32,000 nt of DNA from assembly GCF_003367075.2 (NCBI RefSeq), contig NZ_CP065936.1, positions 1,260,001 through 1,292,000 on the forward strand. The letters run 5' to 3'. Within the stretch, counting starts at the first letter, position 1. Each line of letters opens with the position of its first letter. The notes under the pieces are model-generated. The model was given only the letters and a program-made list of their open reading frames with translations. It ran no database searches and had not been told where the DNA came from. The stretch is from Cylindrospermopsis raciborskii Cr2010 (GTDB lineage Bacteria > Cyanobacteriota > Cyanobacteriia > Cyanobacteriales > Nostocaceae). The position numbers and the translations under genes were made by a program. Of the stretch, positions 25,390 through 32,000 are shown piece after piece.

Positions 25390-25414
25390 AACCCGTCCCC
25401 AGGCGGGTTTTTTT
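25390..25414 (+). terminator. Rho-independent terminator of the porin gene
   Basis: A GC-rich stem, AACCCG(T)CC-CCA-GGCGGGTT, is followed by a run of T residues. Confidence 0.7.
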
Positions 25415-25536
25415 ATGACCTTGACTTGTAAGATTTCCCCGATTCTCCATGGAACAAGTGGAGTACAATAAGAATAAGCAAGTGTAAAGTTCAGTAATTT
25501 TCTTGTTTTGTTCCTTTATTGTAAAAATTTCATCCC

Positions 25537-25986
25537 GTGGAACTATCCTGTAAATCTGAATACGCAATTCTGGCGTTATTAGAAATGGCCACCCATTACC
25601 AAAATGGTGAACCGATGCAAATTCGACAAATCGCTAACCAACAAAACATACCAGACCGGTATTTAGAACAGTTACTGGCTACTTTGAGACGCGGAGGTAT
25701 TATTAAAAGCCAACGAGGGTCTAAAGGTGGTTATCTCTTGGCGCGAGAACCACGAAAAATCACTCTTCTTGATATTTTGGAATGTTTAGAAGGTTTAGAT
25801 ATCAAGATAGCAGAAGATAATACCAACCCGAAAACTGCCCCCAAAACTGCTGATAGTGGGATTATTGATGAGATTTGGAAAGAAGCTCGTCAAGCTGCCA
25901 ATTTAGTCCTGGAAAAATACTCCCTGGAAGATCTTTGTGAAAAAAGAACCCTCAGAAGACAGTTAGATATCATGTACTATATTTGA
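25537..25986 (+). CDS. Rrf2 family transcriptional regulator (CymR-like, adjacent to cysK)
   Basis: 149 aa with a GTG start, SEYAILALLEMA, RYLEQLLATLRRGGIIKSQRGSKGGYLL and a C-terminal MYYI. It ends 15 nt upstream of cysK. Confidence 0.85.
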   Translation: MELSCKSEYAILALLEMATHYQNGEPMQIRQIANQQNIPDRYLEQLLATLRRGGIIKSQRGSKGGYLLAREPRKITLLDILECLEGLDIKIAEDNTNPKTAPKTADSGIIDEIWKEARQAANLVLEKYSLEDLCEKRTLRRQLDIMYYI

Positions 25987-26001
25987 TTTAAAGGAAGGAA
26001 A

Positions 26002-26949
26002 ATGATGCAGATTGCTAAAAACATTACGGAACTAATTGGTAGAACTCCTTTAGTGCAGTTAAACCATATTCCCCAAGCGGAAGGTTGTTATGCACAAATT
26101 GTGGTTAAGTTGGAAAGTATGAACCCCTCAGCATCCGTCAAGGATCGTATTGGTGTTAGTATGATCAATGATGCGGAAAAAGAAGGTTTAATTACCCCTG
26201 GTAAAACAGTATTGGTGGAGCCAACATCTGGTAATACGGGTATCGCCTTAGCTATGGCAGCTTCCGCAAGAGGATATAAGTTAATTTTAACAATGCCAGA
26301 AACCATGAGTGCGGAAAGGCGGGCAATGTTAAGGGCTTATGGCGCTCAGTTGGAACTCACACCAGGTATTGAAGGAATGAGTGGCGCTATTCGTAAGGCC
26401 CAAGAAATTGTGGAAAAAACCACACACTCATATATGTTGCAGCAATTCCGTAACCCCTCTAATCCTAAAATACACTGGGAAACAACAGCTCAAGAAATCT
26501 GGCAAGATACTGATGGTCAGGTTGATATGGTTATCTCCGGTGTGGGAACCGGAGGTACTATTACTGGTGTCGCTGAGTTCATTAAGTCAAAAAAACCCAG
26601 TTTCCAAGCGATCGCAGTGGAACCAGCAAATAGTCCAGTATTATCTGGTGGTAAACCTGGGCCCCATAAAATTCAGGGAATTGGAGCTGGTTTTATTCCT
26701 CAAGTATTAAAGGTAGAATTAATTGATGAGGTAATTGCTGTAACTGATGAAGAGGCGATCGCCTTTAGTCGGAGGTTAGCTAGGGAGGAGGGTTTATTAT
26801 CTGGAATTTCTAGTGGAGCTGCTTTATGTGCAGCGGTTCGTGTGGCCCAACGTCCGGAAAATCAAGGGCGTTTAATCGTCATGATTCAACCTAGTTTTGG
26901 GGAAAGATACCTAAGCACACCCCTATTCCAAGATTTGGAAATCAGTTAA
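26002..26949 (+). CDS. cysK: Cysteine synthase A (O-acetylserine sulfhydrylase)
   Basis: It carries the PLP-lysine motif [29 protein letters not shown] and SSGAA. Confidence 0.95.
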   Translation: MMQIAKNITELIGRTPLVQLNHIPQAEGCYAQIVVKLESMNPSASVKDRIGVSMINDAEKEGLITPGKTVLVEPTSGNTGIALAMAASARGYKLILTMPETMSAERRAMLRAYGAQLELTPGIEGMSGAIRKAQEIVEKTTHSYMLQQFRNPSNPKIHWETTAQEIWQDTDGQVDMVISGVGTGGTITGVAEFIKSKKPSFQAIAVEPANSPVLSGGKPGPHKIQGIGAGFIPQVLKVELIDEVIAVTDEEAIAFSRRLAREEGLLSGISSGAALCAAVRVAQRPENQGRLIVMIQPSFGERYLSTPLFQDLEIS

Positions 26950-27053
26950 CCTATTGTTAGGGGAAGGGGGCACAAAATCAGAAAACCATAGCAAATACCC
27001 TAAGGAATCAAATTACCACCAGATAAAAAAATCCGCCACCAGATCGCTCAATC

Positions 27054-27731
27054 ATGCATGATTCGAATCATTATCAAACACTACAAATAAACAATAAGGC
27101 GACTGCTGCTGAAATAAAAAAAGCGTATCGCCGACTAGTCAAGATGTTCCACCCTGATAGTAATCAGGATACTGCTGACCACGAAGAGATTATTAAGATT
27201 AATGCAGCTTATGAAGTCTTAAGTGATGTTGAGCAGAGGGTAAAATATGATGAACAAATAGGGAACACATCACACCCACGCACTGGAAATAGGGAAAATC
27301 CACGCCAAACTAAAAAACCAGGGGGAAAAGAAGCAGATGAAAAGGTAGAAGAGTGGTTAAAGTTAGTTTATCAACCAATTAATCGTTGGCTTTGTAGTAT
27401 AGTGTCTTCCCTAGAGCAGCAACTAGAAGATTTAGCAGCGGATCCCTTTGACGAACAATTAATAGATGAATTTCAAGCATATTTAGATACTTGTCGAGAC
27501 AAGTTAAAAAAAGCCCAAACCGCCTTTCGTTCTTTACCTAATCCTCCCAGTTTAGCCACATCTGCTGCTCATCTTTATTATGCTCTAAATCAGGTTAGTG
27601 ACGGATTAGAAGAATTGGCATATTTTCCCCTGAGTTATGATGATCGTTATTTGCATACTGGTAAGGAGATGTTTAGAATTGCTAAACATCTACTTGACTT
27701 CTCCCCAGGTTCAAACACCAGGGAGAAGTGA
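27054..27731 (+). CDS. J-domain (DnaJ-like) protein
   Basis: The N-terminal J domain is NHYQTLQINNKATAAEIKKAYRRLVKMFHPDSN with the HPD tripeptide. There is no Zn-finger or other canonical DnaJ C-terminal region. Confidence 0.85.
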   Translation: MHDSNHYQTLQINNKATAAEIKKAYRRLVKMFHPDSNQDTADHEEIIKINAAYEVLSDVEQRVKYDEQIGNTSHPRTGNRENPRQTKKPGGKEADEKVEEWLKLVYQPINRWLCSIVSSLEQQLEDLAADPFDEQLIDEFQAYLDTCRDKLKKAQTAFRSLPNPPSLATSAAHLYYALNQVSDGLEELAYFPLSYDDRYLHTGKEMFRIAKHLLDFSPGSNTREK

Positions 27732-27747
27732 AAAATAAAGGCAAAAA

Positions 27748-28191
27748 TTAAGTTCGTACCGCTTCTGGCCAAAGTTCTCGCAAGCAAGGGGGTAGTATTC
27801 TTACCACATCTTCAATTTCCCCACGGGAGATCCTTTGGGCAATAATTTTAAAAACAGCACGCACCAAAACTTCTGGGTCAATGTCAGCATTAACATTGCG
27901 GAAATAGTCACGAATGTGCTGGAGAAAAGCATCCTTAGTTCTATCCTTGGGTAATTTTGCACCAGGTCGCCAATTTTCATAATAAAATCCACCTAAAAGA
28001 ATAGGTAATTGGGCCCCCAAATGAGCAGCTTCCTCCACTGTCAGGCGATCGCGCAGAGCATGTAAAGTAGCTCGTAAACCTTGAAAAACTTGGTGTTTAT
28101 TTTCCCAACCCAACTCTTTTGCTAAATCATTGATCCAAGGAATTGTTTTGTGTAAAGTTGCATCAAAGGTATCTAATCCAGTTATAGTCAT
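27748..28191 (-). CDS. DUF2267 domain protein
   Basis: 147 aa. FDATLHKTIPWINDLAKELGWENKHQVFQGLRATLHALRDRLTVEEAAHLGAQLP matches my memory of DUF2267. Confidence 0.7.
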   Translation of the reverse strand: MTITGLDTFDATLHKTIPWINDLAKELGWENKHQVFQGLRATLHALRDRLTVEEAAHLGAQLPILLGGFYYENWRPGAKLPKDRTKDAFLQHIRDYFRNVNADIDPEVLVRAVFKIIAQRISRGEIEDVVRILPPCLRELWPEAVRT

Positions 28192-28412
28192 GATAATTGC
28201 TCCGATTTAACTGATGTTTACCAACTCACTTAGGATTGCGAATCCATGACTTGATCAACTCTAGTCCATGAACTGAAATTTTAAAGGGATTGATATTTTT
28301 CAACTTCTAGCCAAAGTCGTATATTCTTGCTTCGTATAATTGTATGTAAGTAAAGTCTGATTAACTTTTTACCAGAAAATTAATAAATTGTAAATTTGTA
28401 CACTTTTTTCTC

Positions 28413-28426
28413 GTAAAATTCCATAC
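28413..28426 (+). promoter_or_regulatory. Candidate NtcA binding site upstream of urtA
   Basis: GTAAAATTCCATAC fits GTA-N8-TAC and lies 46 nt upstream of the urtA ATG. The downstream sequence is A/T-rich and could supply a -10 element. urt operons are NtcA-dependent in Anabaena (established knowledge). Confidence 0.3.
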
Positions 28427-28471
28427 TAATATCTGTTGTCTAAAGATTAAACCCAAAATTTATCAATAGTT

Positions 28472-29761
28472 ATGACTACACAATTTAACCGGAGAAAATT
28501 CCTCATCTATGGTTCTGCTGCTCTTGGTAGCTCCGTATTACTTAAAGCTTGTGCTAATAATACACAAACAACTACACCCGCTGATTCCTCCGCAGGTGGT
28601 AACACCATCAAGGTAGGGATTTTACACTCTTTAAGTGGTACAATGGCCATCAGTGAAAAAAGTGTGGTAGACGCAGAAAACCTAGCAATTAAGGAAATTA
28701 ACGCTCAGGGGGGAGTATTAGGTAAACAGATTGAAGCCATTACGGAAGATGGCGCTTCTAACTGGGATACTTTCAGAGAAAAAGCTACTAAACTAATTGA
28801 ACAAGATAAGGTAGCTGTAGTATTTGGTTGCTGGACCTCTGCTAGTCGTAAAAACGTCAAGCCAGTGTTTGAAGAAAAAGATCACATGCTGTGGTATCCT
28901 GTACAGTATGAGGGTCAGGAATGTTCTAAAAACATTTTTTATACCGGAGCAGCTCCCAATCAACAGATCGAACCTTCTGTGGACTGGTTGTTGAAAAACA
29001 AGGGTAAGGAATTCTTTCTAGTTGGCTCAGATTACGTTTTTCCCCGCACTGCTAACACAATAATTAAAGCTCAATTAGAAGCACTTGGTGGTAAAACAGT
29101 TGGTGAAGATTATTTACCCCTGGGTAATGTGGAAGTTACTCCTATCATTGCCAAAATTAAACAGGCCCTACCCAAAGGTGGAGTAATTTATAATACCTTA
29201 AACGGGGATAGTAATGTGGCATTTTTTAAACAATTAAAAGGTGCGGGTTTGACCCCAGAGAAGTATCCATCTATGTCCGTGAGTATTGCGGAAGAAGAGG
29301 TTAAGGCCATTGGAGTGGAATACTTAAAAGGACATTATGCAGCTTGGAATTACTTCCAAACTGTAGATACACCAGCCAACAAAAAGTTTGTAGAGGCTTT
29401 CAAGAAGGAATATGGTGCAGATAGGGTACTTAATGATCCTATGGAAGCTGCTTACATTGCCGTCTACCTTTGGAAACAGGCGGTAGAAAAAGCTGGAAGT
29501 ACGGATTTAGTCAAGGTGCGCCAAGCTGCTTATGGTCAAACCATAGATGCACCCGAAGGTAAAGTGACCATGAATGGTAACCATCATATATCCAAGATTG
29601 TGCGTATTGGTGAAGTTAGAGATGATGGCTTGTTTAATATTATTTATTCTACCCCTGCACCGGTAGAACCTATTCCCTGGAATCAATATGTGAAAGAGAC
29701 CAAGGGATTTGCTTGCGACTGGTCAGATCCTGCCAAAGGTGGCAAGTACAAACAAACCTAG
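28472..29761 (+). CDS. urtA: Urea ABC transporter substrate-binding protein UrtA
   Basis: 429 aa with a signal/lipobox-like N-terminus (LLKACANN) and a type I periplasmic binding fold ([17 protein letters not shown]). urtB and urtC follow. Confidence 0.9.
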   Translation: MTTQFNRRKFLIYGSAALGSSVLLKACANNTQTTTPADSSAGGNTIKVGILHSLSGTMAISEKSVVDAENLAIKEINAQGGVLGKQIEAITEDGASNWDTFREKATKLIEQDKVAVVFGCWTSASRKNVKPVFEEKDHMLWYPVQYEGQECSKNIFYTGAAPNQQIEPSVDWLLKNKGKEFFLVGSDYVFPRTANTIIKAQLEALGGKTVGEDYLPLGNVEVTPIIAKIKQALPKGGVIYNTLNGDSNVAFFKQLKGAGLTPEKYPSMSVSIAEEEVKAIGVEYLKGHYAAWNYFQTVDTPANKKFVEAFKKEYGADRVLNDPMEAAYIAVYLWKQAVEKAGSTDLVKVRQAAYGQTIDAPEGKVTMNGNHHISKIVRIGEVRDDGLFNIIYSTPAPVEPIPWNQYVKETKGFACDWSDPAKGGKYKQT

Positions 29762-29859
29762 TCTGATTAAATTAAAGCTTGTGTAAGGGTTCGTGGTTAC
29801 AAGTGTGGGTTAAGCATTCCCCCTTAGACCTAATTAAGTTTTCATGGGTCATTTTAAAA

Positions 29860-31044
29860 ATGACTCATGAATTTTTTGAGGATAAATTGGTGTTAACAGG
29901 ATTTTTAGAAGCAATATTTAATGGAATTAGCATTGGGGCGGTACTATTAGTTGCAGCGCTAGGACTTTCCATTATTTTTGGACTGATGGGCGTGATTAAC
30001 ATGGCCCATGGAGAATTGATGATGCTGGGAGCTTATACTACTTTTGTAGTACAGCTTGGTTGTAAACAGTTAGGTGGTATTTGGTTTGATAGTTATATTT
30101 TCCTGGCTTTAATTATTGCCTTTTTAGTCACTGCTTTAGTAGGTTTAGTCTTGGAGCGGGGGGTGATATCCCATCTTTATGGTAGACCCTTAGAAACCCT
30201 TTTGGCTACTTGGGGAGTAAGTTTAATTTTTCAGCAGTTTGTCCGCAGTGTAAATTCAGTGCTAGTGATTGGTATCCTCTCATTTTGCGTACTATTCTTT
30301 GGGGGGGTAAGAATTTTAAATTCGCGTCAGCGGTTCCCCCAATTTGGTTACAGAGTGAAGGGAATGATCTTAGTTTTATCCTTGGGAATTGCCATGAGTT
30401 TGGGACAGTTATTTAGTCAACAGTCCTCCATGGTTCAACCTTGGTTTGGGGCTCAAAACGTTGATGTGACCGCCCCTAGTTGGTTACAATCCGGTGTATC
30501 TTTGGCCGGTGTGCAGTTACCCTTTGCTCGCTTGTTTATTATCTGTTTAACGGGAATTTGCGTAGCAGCAATTTATTTATTCTTACAGCGTTCCCCCTGG
30601 GGTTTAAGAATTAGAGCTGTGACTCAAAATCGTGCTATGAGTTCTTGTTTGGGTATACCTACGCAAAAAGTTGATGCTCTTACCTTTGCCCTGGGATCCG
30701 GATTAGCTGGTATAGCTGGTTGTGCTATTAGCTTACTGGGTTCCGTGGGTCCGAATACCGGACAGAATTATATTATAGATACCTTCATGGTAGTGGTTGT
30801 GGGGGGGGTTGGTAACTTAGTAGGTACGATTGTAGCTGCTTTGGCTATTGGTACTGCTAACTTTATTGTGGGATCGGGAACTCTAGCTTTTTTATCTTCT
30901 GGTGTTCAACCCTTGGTGGATTTTTTCAATTTTTTTGCCACTACTAGTATGGCAAAAGTGATGGTTTTTGCACTGATTATTGGTTTTTTGCAGTGGAAAC
31001 CAGCGGGAATTTTCCCCCAAAAAGGTCGGAATATTGATGTTTAA
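29860..31044 (+). CDS. urtB: Urea ABC transporter permease UrtB
   Basis: It is LivH-like, with a long insert typical of UrtB. I prefer the ATG at 29860 (MTHEFFEDKLVLTGFLEAIFNGISIGAVL) to the TTG at 29779. Confidence 0.9.
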   Translation: MTHEFFEDKLVLTGFLEAIFNGISIGAVLLVAALGLSIIFGLMGVINMAHGELMMLGAYTTFVVQLGCKQLGGIWFDSYIFLALIIAFLVTALVGLVLERGVISHLYGRPLETLLATWGVSLIFQQFVRSVNSVLVIGILSFCVLFFGGVRILNSRQRFPQFGYRVKGMILVLSLGIAMSLGQLFSQQSSMVQPWFGAQNVDVTAPSWLQSGVSLAGVQLPFARLFIICLTGICVAAIYLFLQRSPWGLRIRAVTQNRAMSSCLGIPTQKVDALTFALGSGLAGIAGCAISLLGSVGPNTGQNYIIDTFMVVVVGGVGNLVGTIVAALAIGTANFIVGSGTLAFLSSGVQPLVDFFNFFATTSMAKVMVFALIIGFLQWKPAGIFPQKGRNIDV

Positions 31045-31057
31045 CCAAGGTCAGAAG

Positions 31058-32000
31058 ATGATGAAAGATCAGGCTAAAAAGTCTATTTTGGTGGAAATTG
31101 CTGTAGTAATGGCGATCGCATTATTGCTACTTGTAATTATGCCACTTGTGTTGACAGAATTTCGCCTAAATTTACTAGGGCGATTTTTATCCCTAGCGAT
31201 TGTGGGTTTGGGGTTGGATTTGATTTGGGGTTACACAGGTTTACTCAGTTTAGGCCATGGCATTTTTTTTGGTTTAGGTGGTTATGCCATAGCCATGTAC
31301 TTAAAACTGCAAGTTCCCTCCGGTGAATTACCTGATTTTATGGGATTATATGGGGTAACAGAATTACCTTGGTTTTGGCATCCCTTTTACTCCTTCGGTT
31401 TTGCTGTAATTGCGGTTATTTTGATTCCAGGTTTATTAGCAGGAGTTTTGGGTTATTTAGTCTTTCGTAACCGCATTAAGGGTGTGTATTTTTCCATTCT
31501 TACACAAGCAGCGGTGATCATATTTTTTAACTTTTTCAACGGACAACAGAAGCTATTTAATGGTACTAATGGTTTAACGGCGTTTAAAACCCTGTTAGGT
31601 ATAAATTTGACTGATAGAGGAATGCAACTTGTTTTGTATAGCCTAACAATTATATTTTTAATATTTACCTATGGTCTATGTCGTTGGTTAACCACTGGTA
31701 GATTTGGAAGATTGTTAATGGCAATTCGAGATGATGAAACTCGCGTCAGATTTTGTGGATATGATCCTACAGAGTATAAAGTTTTGGTATTTGCAGTTTC
31801 CGGTGCGATCGCGGGGATAGCAGGAGCATTCTACGCCATTCAAAGTGGTTCTGTGTCACCGAGAGCAATGGATATTGGATTCTCTATTGAAATGGTAATT
31901 TGGGTAGCGGTGGGGGGAAGAGGAACCCTAACTGGTGCGATTTTAGGAACTTTACTAGTTAACTATGCACGAACCTTTTTAAGTGAACAATTTGCGGAAA
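31058..32000 (+). CDS. urtC: Urea ABC transporter permease UrtC (3' end outside window)
   Basis: It is absent from the ORF track because no stop is reached. Hand translation from the ATG at 31058 gives MMKDQAKKSILVEIAVVMAIALLL...GLDLIWGYTGLLSLGHGIFFGLGGYA...RDDETRVRFCGYDP..., with no stop codon up to base 32000. Confidence 0.9.
   Translation, partial: MMKDQAKKSILVEIAVVMAIALLLLVIMPLVLTEFRLNLLGRFLSLAIVGLGLDLIWGYTGLLSLGHGIFFGLGGYAIAMYLKLQVPSGELPDFMGLYGVTELPWFWHPFYSFGFAVIAVILIPGLLAGVLGYLVFRNRIKGVYFSILTQAAVIIFFNFFNGQQKLFNGTNGLTAFKTLLGINLTDRGMQLVLYSLTIIFLIFTYGLCRWLTTGRFGRLLMAIRDDETRVRFCGYDPTEYKVLVFAVSGAIAGIAGAFYAIQSGSVSPRAMDIGFSIEMVIWVAVGGRGTLTGAILGTLLVNYARTFLSEQFAE

Noticed and set aside
28390-28401. 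GTAAATTTGTAC as an NtcA site.
   Set aside because: The spacing is N6, not the required N8. The GTA-N8-TAC at 28413-28426 is the better candidate.

Overview
The window looks like chromosome from a filamentous (Nostocales-like) cyanobacterium. This is inferred from frequent HIP1 GCGATCGC octamers, an SLH/OprB porin, urtABC and dispersed GTAGGTTGGGTT..AACCCAAC hairpin repeats.

Layout:
- 1-3390: an efflux cluster (ABC-2 permease 3' end, MarR, two MFS transporters).
- 3368-5701: a 2.3-kb, visibly A+T-rich two-gene cassette. It holds an ABC/SMC-type ATPase and a 180-aa protein with a D..ExK nuclease-like motif. Perfect 35-bp direct repeats bracket it and duplicate the MFS gene 3' end. This is my best candidate for an undescribed mobile two-gene defence module.
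- 5860-7115: divergent Crp/Fnr and Rrf2 regulators.
- 7116-8119: a roughly 1-kb non-coding CRISPR leader with internal structure.
- 8120-10012: a CRISPR array of 26 identical 36-nt repeats and 25 spacers. No cas gene is present anywhere in the 32 kb.
- 10045-10795: an IS1-family element that cuts off the trailer end of the array and fuses it to a 5'-truncated DUF1156-type Zn-ribbon DNA methylase.
- 10796-19969: a methylase / PLD-SNF2 helicase / DUF499 ATPase / small-protein module. It is a poorly characterised R-M-like system and here it is hit three times: IS1 truncates the methylase, IS630 with a deletion removes the helicase C-terminal lobe, and the ATPase carries a 3' frameshift.
- 20056-32000: housekeeping genes. 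These are an inactive rhodanese-like protein, mutL, an exostosin-like glycosyltransferase, a porin, Rrf2+cysK, a J-domain protein, a DUF2267 protein and urtA/urtB/urtC (urtC runs off the window).

All family names come from motif recognition by eye; no database search was possible.
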